Source: a virus. From it: a DNA stretch of 64,000 nt. This document shows positions 29,774-38,609 of this stretch, one piece after another (positions within the stretch are counted from its first letter, which is position 1; each line of letters opens with the position of its first letter). The stretch lies in the IMG/VR virus record IMGVR_UViG_3300037225_001188, positions 1-64,000 of that record; one strand, written 5' to 3'. A model generated the notes under the pieces. It searched no databases. It saw only the letters and a program-made list of their open reading frames with translations, and was not told the DNA's origin. Made by a program: the position numbers and the translations under genes.

Positions 29774-30172
29774 CTAGGCCACCTCCCACCGAGCTTGCTT
29801 GCCCGGGACGCGCTTCACCATCTTCTTCCCCTTCAAGAAGTGCAACAGGCTACGGAGTCGGTTGCGGTTTGGCCGGGTGTCCTCGCCATAGAGTTGAAGG
29901 ACAAGGGTTGGGTTGGTGGCCCCCGGGTTGGCTCGCAGCAGGGCCACGACCTTGTCTCCCTGGGTCTTGCCATCCCCATTGGTAGGAACCTCGGCCTCGT
30001 CCTGGGGCTTGTCGGCCGTGCTGCGGTCTCCAACCTCTCCGAAGAGGGCGGCATACTCGGCAGTCAGCCGACGGATACGGCCGTCAATCTCGGCGGTGAT
30101 CTTCGCCCGCTCAGCCTCGGCCGCGTCGAGTTGACGGCCAAGGTCGCGGGCTCGGTTCAGGCGTTCGGTCAT
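29774..30172 (-). CDS. coiled-coil + winged-HTH-like cargo protein
   Basis: ORF with GGAG RBS. Confidence 0.55.
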   Translation of the reverse strand: MTERLNRARDLGRQLDAAEAERAKITAEIDGRIRRLTAEYAALFGEVGDRSTADKPQDEAEVPTNGDGKTQGDKVVALLRANPGATNPTLVLQLYGEDTRPNRNRLRSLLHFLKGKKMVKRVPGKQARWEVA

Positions 30173-30353
30173 GGACGTTGTGCTCCTGACCTCTATCTTA
30201 CACGGTACGTCAGAGAGAGCAAGCACCATCTAACACACAGAACTTCTCCTTGGCCGCGAACGTTAGACGCGCCGGCTGGCGGCAAGCCTTATGGAGTGCA
30301 ATGTGAAGAGGAGAATCTCCGTCGGTGTTGCACACGAAACCGCGAGGCATGAC

Positions 30354-31304
30354 ATGCTCAGGATGACAGCCAAACTCACCGCCAGCAAGAGGCAGTGCGA
30401 AGCGGTGTTGAGAAGTGGGGTTGTAGATCCCTCTCGCCACGAGAAGGTCGTTGCGCCGAAGGCTCTCCGGGTCGGGGGCAAGACCTACAAGACAGACCTC
30501 GGCGAGTTCCTCGTCGACGACTGCCTAGAGGTGCTGCGCCGGCTTCCGGCAGAGAGCGTTGACCTTGTGGTGACTTCTCCTCCGTACGACGGTCAACCGA
30601 AGTACGGCAACGGGGAGAAGTACGAGAAGGACTGGTATTCGGGCTTCTTCCTCCAGGTCACCAAGGAAATCCTGCGGGTGCTGAAGCCGCGCGGAAGTTT
30701 CGTGCTGAACTACCGCTCCAAGCGCCATGGCGATGAGCGAGGGACGCTCCAGTATGAACTCGTGTTCTGGCTGCGGGAACAGGGGTTCCTCTTCTGTGAG
30801 GACTTCGTATGGGGGAAGCCGTCGCCACCGCCGGGGAGGTTCAACCGCTTCCTCAAGGATGCGGTCGAGTACTGCTTCCAGTTTGCCAAGACGGCCGACT
30901 GGCAGTTCTTCCCTGAGCACTGCTTGTCCCCGGCGCGATGGGACGCCAAAGACCGGGAGCGCCGGAAGAAGCTGGCGCACAACTACGTCCGCGTGAACGA
31001 GCCTTCTGGCCAAGGACGCAAACGGGTACAGGCAGGCCCGGATATGGTGCGTCCTTCGACGCTACTGCACTTTGAGCCAGAGTTCAGCCCGAACCCGGTC
31101 CAGCATCCGGCTCGCTTCCCGGTGGACCTCCCCGACTTCTTCGTCCGGCTGCTCACCGAGCCTGGCCAGATGGTTGTCGACCCGTTCGGGGGAACGGGGA
31201 CGACGGCCCTGGTCGCCGAGCGACTCGGGCGCAGGTGGCTTGCGGTCGAGATCGATCCGAAGTACGCTGCGGTCCTCCCGTCACGGTTCGAGACGGGCCG
31301 CTGA
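30354..31304 (+). CDS. N4-cytosine/N6-adenine DNA methyltransferase, beta class
   Basis: DLVVTSPPY precedes HPARFP and VDPFGGTGTT; start uncertain (30291/30354/30363). Confidence 0.92.
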   Translation: MLRMTAKLTASKRQCEAVLRSGVVDPSRHEKVVAPKALRVGGKTYKTDLGEFLVDDCLEVLRRLPAESVDLVVTSPPYDGQPKYGNGEKYEKDWYSGFFLQVTKEILRVLKPRGSFVLNYRSKRHGDERGTLQYELVFWLREQGFLFCEDFVWGKPSPPPGRFNRFLKDAVEYCFQFAKTADWQFFPEHCLSPARWDAKDRERRKKLAHNYVRVNEPSGQGRKRVQAGPDMVRPSTLLHFEPEFSPNPVQHPARFPVDLPDFFVRLLTEPGQMVVDPFGGTGTTALVAERLGRRWLAVEIDPKYAAVLPSRFETGR

Positions 31305-31308
31305 GTAC

Positions 31309-32415
31309 GTGTCGGCAACAGACGACATCGAAGCGACCGTCGCCGCGATAGCAGCCGCGACGACCTGGAACAAGCGCGTCATCCTCATTCGACGCATTCC
31401 CGAAGAGTTCGGCAAGGCGCAGCATCAAGAGGTCTACTCTGCCGTCGCCAAGGCCGTGTACGTGCCTCATCTCGCCCCCGACTTCGCGTATGTCCACTGG
31501 CGTCCCGAATACGAGCTTGAGGAGATCGAGCACGCCTACGGCGAGGCCGATGCGCTCACCCAAGGGTTCAAGGACGTCGACGAGGCTTCTCTGGCGAAGG
31601 TCATCCAGAAGGAACCCTCAACGCTGCGCATCTTCCGGCTGCTCCTCGGACTCACCACGCAGGAGTTCGCATCGGCGACTGACTTGGTCAGCGACGATGT
31701 CGGTGCCAGCGCGCTATCCAGCGGGGCAGTCAAGTCGATGGAGTCCGGCAAGCAGGGTCCGGCGAAAGCCCATCGAGTTGCCGCCGCGGTCGTAGACCGG
31801 GCCATGCGCGCTGTTCTGTTCACCGCTCCTACCGGCGGCGTGAGGAGCAAGCTCGATAAGCCAGACACCGCAGGTGGGTGGAAGACCGTCCGCAGGTACG
31901 CATCCGAGGGGGTGTCTCTCCCGGTCCTGTTGCACCAGCGCCACTACGGAGGTGCCTTCCGGCAACTACTCGACGCGACTTCGGGGAAGCGTGGTGACGT
32001 GCTTGAGGATGCTGTCGAGGAGTTGTTCGACGGGGACGGCCTGCTCTACGTCAGAACCGGCAGCAGCAACCAGGCAGAGATAGCCACCAAGTTCGGCCTG
32101 ACCGTGAGGCCAGCCCCCGACTTCGTCATCTACGATGCGGGAGGCACCCTCCGGGCGATCCTGGAGTGCAAGGTTGCCAACGACGGCGGCACGGCGAGGG
32201 ACAAGGCGGCTCGGTTCGCCGCCCTGCGCTCGGAGGCGTCTAGGCTCGGGGGCATCCCAGTATTCGCGGTGCTGGCCGGGCTCGGGTGGCGGAGGGCTGC
32301 GGATGCCCTCGGGCCGGTCGTCAGGGACGCAGATGGCCGCGTGTTCACCATACAGACTCTCGGCGAGATGTTGGCTGTGCAACCGTTTCCGGCGCTTGTC
32401 GCTGGCCGTCGGTAG
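31309..32415 (+). CDS. putative type II restriction endonuclease (PD-(D/E)XK) with internal HTH-like segment
   Basis: APDFVI...ILECK..NDGGTARDK; immediately downstream of MTase. Confidence 0.75.
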   Translation: MSATDDIEATVAAIAAATTWNKRVILIRRIPEEFGKAQHQEVYSAVAKAVYVPHLAPDFAYVHWRPEYELEEIEHAYGEADALTQGFKDVDEASLAKVIQKEPSTLRIFRLLLGLTTQEFASATDLVSDDVGASALSSGAVKSMESGKQGPAKAHRVAAAVVDRAMRAVLFTAPTGGVRSKLDKPDTAGGWKTVRRYASEGVSLPVLLHQRHYGGAFRQLLDATSGKRGDVLEDAVEELFDGDGLLYVRTGSSNQAEIATKFGLTVRPAPDFVIYDAGGTLRAILECKVANDGGTARDKAARFAALRSEASRLGGIPVFAVLAGLGWRRAADALGPVVRDADGRVFTIQTLGEMLAVQPFPALVAGRR

Positions 32416-32489
32416 ATTCTGAGGCAGCCTCCAGAGTTTTGAGGCAGCCGACCGACTTTTGGGGCAAGCGGGGGTTCTAGGGCAAAGCC

Positions 32490-32721
32490 CGACGAGGTGC
32501 TCCTGGCCGATGGGTTCGAGGAGGCGTTCGTCGGCATCGTCGGCCGCTGCGGGCAGCCGGTGGTCGCCATCTACGACCGCGTCGACTGCATCGGCGTCCT
32601 CATGCGGCGCGACGGGATGACCGCCGACGAGGCTGAGGAGTTCTTCGAGTTCAACGTCTAGGGAGCTTGGGTGGGGCCCGGCACGCCCGGCTTCATCGTC
32701 ACCAAAACCTCCCTCGTATAA
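32490..32721 (+). pseudogene. 3' part of the interrupted gene, with internal TAG at 32659-32661
   Basis: LLADGFEEAFVG..AIYD..DGMT..EAEEFFEFNV*GAWVG..TP.F. Confidence 0.85.
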
Positions 32722-32730
32722 CCCTCTGCG

Positions 32731-33684
32731 ATGCCAACCCTCTTCGTCGTCGACGGCCCGCACGCGCTGTTTCGCTCGTGCTACGCCCACGCCGAGCTGA
32801 CGTACGAGCGGCGCGGAGAGCTGCACAAGTCGGGCGGCGTGTTCGGGTTCGTTCAGATGATCCGCTGCGCCCACCGCGACCTCGGCGGCGACGCCATCGT
32901 GGTCGTCGCGTGGGAGGACCCGCGGCGCCACGAGCGCAGCGTCCGCCGGCTGCTCTACCCGGAGTACAAGCAGAAGCTCAAGCCAGAGGACGAGGTCGAC
33001 TTCGGGGTCGTCGAGCTGCGTCAGTTCGTGCGCGAGCAGCAGAAGCTCCTCTCTCCGGTCCTGACGAAGATCGGCATCCCGCAGGCGTTCGCCCCGGCGT
33101 GGGAGGCGGACGACGTGGCCGCCGTGCTGTGCCACGAGCTGGGCGAGCACGAGGTCATCCTCCTCAGCGGCGACAAGGACTGGTGGCAGCTGGTCAGCGA
33201 CCGCGTCACCGTCATGCGCCCGCTGAAGGAGGGCTACCAGCTCGTCACGCCGAAGGTCTGGGAGGAGGAGCACAAGGTCGCCGTCACGGCGTGGCCTCAG
33301 GTCTTGGCCCTGGCCGGGGACGACGCCGACAACATCCCCGGGGTCAGGAACATCGGCTTCAAGACGGCGGAGAAGCTGCTCGCCAAGCACGGCGGGCTCG
33401 AGGGCGTCATCGCCGCGGCCGCCGGCGGGAAGGTCGAGCGCTTCGGCCTGAAGAACTTCGACAAGCGCACCGGCGCCGAGTGCCCCGGCATCGCCGAGAT
33501 GCAGGACCAGCTGCGCCTCAACTTGAAGCTCACGACGCTCAACCGCAACGCCGACCTCATCTGGACGAAGCCGGAGCAGGATGAGGACGAGGTGGCGCGG
33601 AGGTTCCGCGAGATGAAGTTCGCCAGCTTCACCTCATACGCCGACCTGCAGAGCGTGATGAGCATGGGGGTGGCGTCGTGGTGA
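32731..33684 (+). CDS. 5'-3' exonuclease / flap endonuclease (Pol I N-terminal-like)
   Basis: VDG, YPEYK, EADD, SGDKD, GD.ADNIPGV..IG.KTA. Confidence 0.93.
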   Translation: MPTLFVVDGPHALFRSCYAHAELTYERRGELHKSGGVFGFVQMIRCAHRDLGGDAIVVVAWEDPRRHERSVRRLLYPEYKQKLKPEDEVDFGVVELRQFVREQQKLLSPVLTKIGIPQAFAPAWEADDVAAVLCHELGEHEVILLSGDKDWWQLVSDRVTVMRPLKEGYQLVTPKVWEEEHKVAVTAWPQVLALAGDDADNIPGVRNIGFKTAEKLLAKHGGLEGVIAAAAGGKVERFGLKNFDKRTGAECPGIAEMQDQLRLNLKLTTLNRNADLIWTKPEQDEDEVARRFREMKFASFTSYADLQSVMSMGVASW

Positions 33685-33878
33685 AATACCCGAAGACCAT
33701 CATGTGTGCGATGACCGGGAAACGTGAGCCGGCCGAGTTCCACATCACCAAGCTCTGCCGGTTCTACGCCGGGCAGCCGTACAAGCCGTCGCTCGGGAAC
33801 GGCCCGTGCCACGACCTCTGCACGGTGCCGAAGCGGTTCGAGATCGTGCCGCTGGCTAAGAACGACGGCGAAGCGTAA
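33681..33878 (+). CDS. small Cys-containing hypothetical protein
   Basis: coupled ORF. Confidence 0.5.
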   Translation: MKYPKTIMCAMTGKREPAEFHITKLCRFYAGQPYKPSLGNGPCHDLCTVPKRFEIVPLAKNDGEA

Positions 33879-33888
33879 GCTCGCCCAC

Positions 33889-34557
33889 ATGAGCACGACC
33901 GCCCGCACGATCGCGTCCGTCCTGGCCGGCGGCATGGTCTTGGCTGCCCCGGCGCAGGCGCAGGCGCCGAAGCATCTACACGTCGAACACCACCGCAGCG
34001 CGGCACCACCAGCTTCGCGTCCCGTGGTGGCGCGCGGGGAGCTGGATGAGGGGCTGGTCTACCGGCTCACGCAGCGTGGCAGGTACGACGGTGCAATCGC
34101 CGATGCCGCAAAGAGGTGGGGCGTGTCCCCATTCCTCCTGGCCGGGCTGCTCGAGCATGAGAGCGGTCGTACTCCGAAGGTCGAGAACCGAGCGTCAGGG
34201 GCGCGAGGGATAGCGCAGTTCGTCCCGTCCGGCGCCGCCGCGGTAGGGAACCTCCAGCGCCGCCGCGGGGCCAAGAGCCCGTTCAACTACCGCAAAGCGC
34301 TCGACCCAGTGGTCTCTATCCACGCGGCCGCCGAGCTGCTCGATTACCTCAACGACGTGTGCCGCGGGGTCGCGTTCGGGGTCGAGGTCATCCTGGCCGG
34401 GTATAACACCGGGAGCTGCCGCGCCAGGGTGTCGGGCTTCGTGCACGGGGTCATCAAGCAGGCCAACCGGCTACGGACGATGAGCGGGCTGCCGCCCATG
34501 CCGCCGCCGAGGTTCTGGTGGCGGCGCCGCACCCTGCAGCGTCAGCCAAACTCGTAG
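33889..34557 (+). CDS. lytic transglycosylase (SLT domain) with signal peptide
   Basis: HESG, GARGIAQF, AGYN.G. Confidence 0.88.
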   Translation: MSTTARTIASVLAGGMVLAAPAQAQAPKHLHVEHHRSAAPPASRPVVARGELDEGLVYRLTQRGRYDGAIADAAKRWGVSPFLLAGLLEHESGRTPKVENRASGARGIAQFVPSGAAAVGNLQRRRGAKSPFNYRKALDPVVSIHAAAELLDYLNDVCRGVAFGVEVILAGYNTGSCRARVSGFVHGVIKQANRLRTMSGLPPMPPPRFWWRRRTLQRQPNS

Positions 34558-34602
34558 GGCTGCGGAGCCTCGTCGCGAGGCGACTCCGCGAGGAGGCAGA
34601 CG

Positions 34603-34920
34603 ATGGACGAGACCGAGCAGAAGAGCGTTGCGGGCGCTGGTGACTACGCCGCGGCCGAGGGCGAGATCTCCAGCTACCAGGTCGACGCCGACCAGGTGCA
34701 CACGCTGGACGCCTGCGACAAGCACATCGAGTTCCTGAAGGAGGAGGTGGTGAAGCGCAGCCGCCTCCTCGAGCGCACGCAGCAGGCGAAGAAGGACGTG
34801 ATGGCCGGGTGGCGCGACGTCCTCAAGGTGCAGAAAGAGAGCCTCACCGACAGCCACGAGCGCCTCGGCGCCATGGAGGACCGCAAGCGGGTCCTGGCGG
34901 CGGGCAGCAGCGAGTCGTAG
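34603..34920 (+). CDS. coiled-coil hypothetical protein
   Basis: GGAGG RBS. Confidence 0.7.
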   Translation: MDETEQKSVAGAGDYAAAEGEISSYQVDADQVHTLDACDKHIEFLKEEVVKRSRLLERTQQAKKDVMAGWRDVLKVQKESLTDSHERLGAMEDRKRVLAAGSSES

Positions 34921-34922
34921 CC

Positions 34923-35159
34923 GTGCGGCTCAGGCTCATCAAGAAGGACGAAGACGGCGACGAGGTCGTCGTCGAGACGCTTTGGATCAAGAGCGTCATC
35001 GGGTTCACTCCGAGCCAGTTGATCGTCGTCAAAGGGAAGACGTACTTCATCGCGGTCATCAAGAACCTGCTCAACGGCGAGGGCTTCGACGTCGACCTCA
35101 CGGTCATCGACGTGCCGCCTGCGGCTGCCGGGAGCTTGATCGCAGCCACGGTGGCGTGA
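34923..35159 (+). CDS. hypothetical protein
   Basis: GC3-rich ORF, coupled. Confidence 0.55.
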   Translation: MRLRLIKKDEDGDEVVVETLWIKSVIGFTPSQLIVVKGKTYFIAVIKNLLNGEGFDVDLTVIDVPPAAAGSLIAATVA

Positions 35160-35482
35160 TGTCGATCTACAACCACATCAAGGTGGAGCGTTTCATCAAG
35201 CTGGCGGTCGAGGTCTACGACCGTTGCAGCCTGCTCCTCCTGGCGGCCAGGCTGGTGCAGGACGGGGACTCGGGGAGCATGCCGCCGACGAGTCTCAGAC
35301 CGACGAGCGGCGACTGGCCCGAGACGCTGCTGCTGAGGACGTGGATGACGGCAACCCCGTGGGAGCGCGCCAACATCCTGTACAAGTTGGCCCCGTTGGC
35401 GCATGCTGCGGCCGAGGCGCGGGCCACAGAGTGGGTCGCCAAGGCCCGGCGGCTGGACGACATCGAGGCAGGGTACCCATGA
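35159..35482 (+). CDS. hypothetical protein
   Basis: TGATG coupling. Confidence 0.55.
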   Translation: MSIYNHIKVERFIKLAVEVYDRCSLLLLAARLVQDGDSGSMPPTSLRPTSGDWPETLLLRTWMTATPWERANILYKLAPLAHAAAEARATEWVAKARRLDDIEAGYP

Positions 35483-36021
35483 GCGAAGAGAAGACTGGCA
35501 TCACGTACCAAGGCAAGGACGGCGAGGCGAAGGACGTGACCTTCGACGACCTGCGGCAGCTCGCTGTCGAGCAGCCGGTCCAGGAGGCCGTCGCGACGGA
35601 GGCGAAGAAGCGCCCGCCGCGCCCAGCGTTCGAGCGGCGCGAGCTGTTCGACGCGCTGATGCTGCAGAGCGACACGGTGCGCGTGCTCGCGGTCGGCAGC
35701 GACCTCGGCGTGGTCCTGCCGCCGGAGCTGAGTATCCCGAAGCTCGTCGCGATCCACTTCGGGAAGGGCGTGCCGAAGCCGCCGAAGGACGTCTCGTCAG
35801 ACGAGTGGGGGGTGCGAGCGACCGTGTTCTTCTCCAGCGGCGAGCACCTGGCGGCCATCCCGTGGGACGCCGTCGTCCAGGTCACCGACATGGACAAGAT
35901 GGTCTGGCAGGACTCGCGCCGCATGAACGAGTTCAGCGAGCGCGCCTCGAACGAGAAGCTGCCGCCGAAGCACACGAAGCGCGGCAAGGCAGCGCGGCGG
36001 CACCTGCACGCGGTGCACTAG
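35479..36021 (+). CDS. sspB: SspB-like ClpXP adaptor
   Basis: GVVLP..L...L..HFG.....D...DEWGVRATVFF......IPWDAV; C-terminal RRHLHAVH resembling the XB tail. Confidence 0.7.
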   Translation: MSEEKTGITYQGKDGEAKDVTFDDLRQLAVEQPVQEAVATEAKKRPPRPAFERRELFDALMLQSDTVRVLAVGSDLGVVLPPELSIPKLVAIHFGKGVPKPPKDVSSDEWGVRATVFFSSGEHLAAIPWDAVVQVTDMDKMVWQDSRRMNEFSERASNEKLPPKHTKRGKAARRHLHAVH

Positions 36022-36022
36022 C

Positions 36023-36445
36023 ATGACGAGCCTCGAGCACGAGTTGCTGTCGTCGACGACGAAGGTCACCTTCGAGTGCGGCTGCTGGTTCGTCATCTCT
36101 GACGACGTCGTGGAGCGGGCGCCGCGCGATCTCGACTGCTCGTTCGAGGAGTTGTACACCCGCGTCGAGCAGGCCCACGAGCACGGCGCTGGCCCGCACC
36201 GGCTAGAGTGCATGTTCGAGCGCCGAGAAGCCGGCGCTCAGTGGAACCTCGTCGTGCGGGCGCATGTCGCGCCGGAGTTCGACCCACGGCATGCCGCCAT
36301 GCTCACCAAGCTCGATGCCGTCACGCACGGGCTGGCTCCTCGCGTCTGCGAGGCATGCCGTACAGCGATCCCGCGGGGGCAACCGATCACCGCGTGCATA
36401 GATGGGCGCGTCCTCTGTTCACAGTGCCGGAGGCGGAGGAGATGA
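36023..36445 (+). CDS. hypothetical Zn-finger protein
   Basis: CEAC...CSQC. Confidence 0.55.
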   Translation: MTSLEHELLSSTTKVTFECGCWFVISDDVVERAPRDLDCSFEELYTRVEQAHEHGAGPHRLECMFERREAGAQWNLVVRAHVAPEFDPRHAAMLTKLDAVTHGLAPRVCEACRTAIPRGQPITACIDGRVLCSQCRRRRR

Positions 36446-36771
36446 TGGATCCTGAGGCGGAGTTCGGGCTGCTCCTGCGCGAGGTCGGGTGGAGCCTCGT
36501 GATGTCGCAGAACGGGCAGTACTACTTCGCCAACGGGCGCCCGGAGACCATTTCGGCCTTCATCGTCATCGACAAGGTGGACGCCCCACTCGTGGTGCGT
36601 CGCGGCGACGAGCGGGTCACCATCTCTTCAGCCAGCTCGGCCAAGCTGCTCTTGATCGGCATGTTCCGCGCCTTCCTGCGCGTGGAGGCGGTCGGAGTCA
36701 TCCCGGACGTCAGGCCGTATTACGACGAGCAGCGGAAGCTCCTGCGCGAGATGATCGCCAGGCTGGGGTGA
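36442..36771 (+). CDS. hypothetical protein
   Basis: GGAGG RBS, coupled. Confidence 0.6.
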   Translation: MMDPEAEFGLLLREVGWSLVMSQNGQYYFANGRPETISAFIVIDKVDAPLVVRRGDERVTISSASSAKLLLIGMFRAFLRVEAVGVIPDVRPYYDEQRKLLREMIARLG

Positions 36772-36848
36772 CCGCCGGTGCTCACCAGCCTCGTGGCCTG
36801 CCTCATCATGGTCGCCATCTTGTGGTGGCTCCAGCGGCCGAGGTTCTG

Positions 36849-37031
36849 GTGAAGGTCGTCGACGTCAAGGTCGGCATCGAGGTCTGGGAGAAGGTCGGCG
36901 TCGATGTCGACGGGACGAACGTGTTCGACGTCCGCATGCCGGTGAGGGTGCGGCTCGCGGGCGCGATCGAGAAGGTCACGCTCCAGCTCGTTAAGATAGA
37001 GGACCTGCTGGAGGAGAACGGAGGAGCGTAG
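36849..37031 (+). CDS. hypothetical protein
   Basis: GTG start, GC3-rich. Confidence 0.5.
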   Translation: MKVVDVKVGIEVWEKVGVDVDGTNVFDVRMPVRVRLAGAIEKVTLQLVKIEDLLEENGGA

Positions 37032-37406
37032 ATGCCGAAGCAGTGGTTTGCGTGCGTGGCTGAGGAGGTCTTCTGCGTCAGGGAGGCGGAGAGCAGCTTT
37101 GCCCTAGAAATGCCCTCTGCCTCAGAATTCTGGCGCCTGCCTCAAAATTCGCGCTTCCGCCGGCATTCTGAGGCAAAGCCACGGAGAGCCAGGAGGCAGC
37201 CCAGGCGTACGTCGATGGCTTCAGCGATGGCGGCGACCAGTACGGCGCCGGGTGCTGCTTCGGCGTCCTCCTGCCGCAGGGTTGGAAGGAGGGACTGTCG
37301 AGGCAGAATCGGAAGGACATCATCTCGGAGATCGAGCGGATTAAGCGCGACCCGGCCGAGGTCCTCGGTCTCGACTACACCGCCTTCGTGAAGGAGGGGG
37401 ACTAGA
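37032..37406 (+). pseudogene. small gene frameshifted by MITE insertion
   Basis: removing MITE + one TSD restores MPKQWFACVAEEVFCVREAESQEAAQAYVDG...FVKEGD* ending at 37406. Confidence 0.85.
37095..37180. mobile_element. 86-bp MITE related to the 27120-32489 transposon
   Basis: ends AGCTTTGCCCTAGAA / TTCTGAGGCAAAGCC; TSD GCGGAGAGC / ACGGAGAGC; internal TGCCTCARAA repeats. Confidence 0.9.
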
Positions 37407-37690
37407 TGTCGAAGAAGCCTGATGTGCGCGGGTGGGGCTACTCCGACGACTGCGCCGGGTTCGCCCCGCTGAAGACCGACGACTCCGAGTACGATGTCGA
37501 CGGCAAGTGGTACTCGCTCTTCCAGGGCGAGGAGCGGATCGGTCGCATCCGCATGACGTACGAGGACGGCAACTGGGAGGTCCAGCTCGTCGGGACCAGC
37601 GGCAAGTTCTCGCTCAAGGACGACGTGCCAGTCAAGTTTCATGACGAGCGCGTCCAGGAGCGCATCAGGGAGCGCGAGGAGGACCGATGA
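37406..37690 (+). CDS. hypothetical protein
   Basis: AAGGAGG RBS. Confidence 0.7.
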   Translation: MSKKPDVRGWGYSDDCAGFAPLKTDDSEYDVDGKWYSLFQGEERIGRIRMTYEDGNWEVQLVGTSGKFSLKDDVPVKFHDERVQERIREREEDR

Positions 37691-37935
37691 GGAAGCGAGC
37701 TAGGTTCACCGTCACCATCTGCCCGCTCGGCGTGCCGACGAGGGAGCAGATGGAGATCGCACTCCGTGACGACGGCGCCTGGGTCGCCATGTGCCCAGCC
37801 ATCGGCAGCCGGTGGTTCCACAAGCTCGACGCGAAGACCATGCTCGCGGCCATGAAGGAGGCGCTCGCCGCTGTGGCTGCCGTCCACGAGGAGAAGGCCG
37901 CGAGCTTCAGCGCGGTCCTCGGCGAGCTGAGGTAG
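37687..37935 (+). CDS. hypothetical, possibly HicB-like
   Basis: DDGAWVAMCP...MKEAL. Confidence 0.5.
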   Translation: MRKRARFTVTICPLGVPTREQMEIALRDDGAWVAMCPAIGSRWFHKLDAKTMLAAMKEALAAVAAVHEEKAASFSAVLGELR

Positions 37936-37989
37936 CCCCTCCTGGCAGAGGTGCGGCACCAGCTGGTCACCCAGCACTTGACATCTTGC

Positions 37990-38019
37990 TTGACTACTCG
38001 TTGTAACCAGCGCTATAGT
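37990..38019 (+). promoter_or_regulatory. sigma70-type promoter with no downstream + strand CDS
   Basis: TTGACT-N18-TATAGT. Confidence 0.55.
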
Positions 38020-38038
38020 GGCGGCATCGAACTGAGAA

Positions 38039-38106
38039 AAGATAACGGCCCGCGTAGAGCCCAGGGCAAGCCGGCGACATCCTGGTGACTCACGCGGGCC
38101 GATCTT
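38039..38106. other. long hairpin at the convergence of the two gene blocks (terminator or sRNA)
   Basis: CGGCCCGCGT 38046-38055 pairs 38092-38101; inner GAG/CTC and CCAGG/CCTGG; outer AAGAT/ATCTT. Confidence 0.6.
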
Positions 38107-38109
38107 TGT

Positions 38110-38352
38110 CTACCGCGGCTCGCCGTTGACCACGACCAGCACGTTCCTCGGGCTGAACCGGCCGGGGCTCGCCAGGTCGAGCAGCCTCGCCACCATGATG
38201 AACGCCGTCGTCAGGAGGGCGATGCTGAGCCAGGCGAGCACCTCGATGACGACCGGCTCGCCGGAGCACAGGCGGCGCATCGAGGCCATGACGGCGAAGT
38301 CGGCGGCGAGCGTCGAGGCGTAGAGGAGCCGGAGGTACGTGCGCTTGCTCAC
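38110..38352 (-). CDS. small membrane protein
   Basis: two hydrophobic segments, GTGA coupling. Confidence 0.55.
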   Translation of the reverse strand: MSKRTYLRLLYASTLAADFAVMASMRRLCSGEPVVIEVLAWLSIALLTTAFIMVARLLDLASPGRFSPRNVLVVVNGEPR

Positions 38353-38609
38353 GGCCGCGTCAGCTTCGGCGCCTCGTGCACCGTGATGCTGTTCTCGCTG
38401 CTCGAGTGCTGCCGGTGCGCTAGCGACTGGATGCTGCGGTGCTTGATGACCATTTCGGCCCCGAACTGCTCGCCCTCCACCCACGGGAAGATGAGGATGA
38501 CGGCGGTGTTCAGGTCAATGGTGGCCGGCATGGGATCGGTGCTTGCGTAGAACTTACAGCCGTCCTTGTCGAGCTTCCCCTGCAGGTCGATTCGGATCTG
38601 GTTCGGCAT
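38349..38609 (-). CDS. hypothetical protein
   Basis: coupled ORF. Confidence 0.6.
   Translation of the reverse strand: MPNQIRIDLQGKLDKDGCKFYASTDPMPATIDLNTAVILIFPWVEGEQFGAEMVIKHRSIQSLAHRQHSSSENSITVHEAPKLTRP

Larger units (their letters stand above)
27120..32489. mobile_element. 5.37-kb DDE cargo transposon
   Basis: perfect 16-bp TIR GGCTTTGCCCTAGAAC (27120-27135 / 32474-32489); 9-bp TSD CGACGAGGT (27111-27119 / 32490-32498); subterminal TTYTRRGGCA repeats; lower GC3. Confidence 0.95.

Noticed and set aside
32659-32661. TAG stop-codon reassignment
   Set aside because: Many intact genes end in TAG; this is a single in-frame stop in a transposon-disrupted pseudogene.
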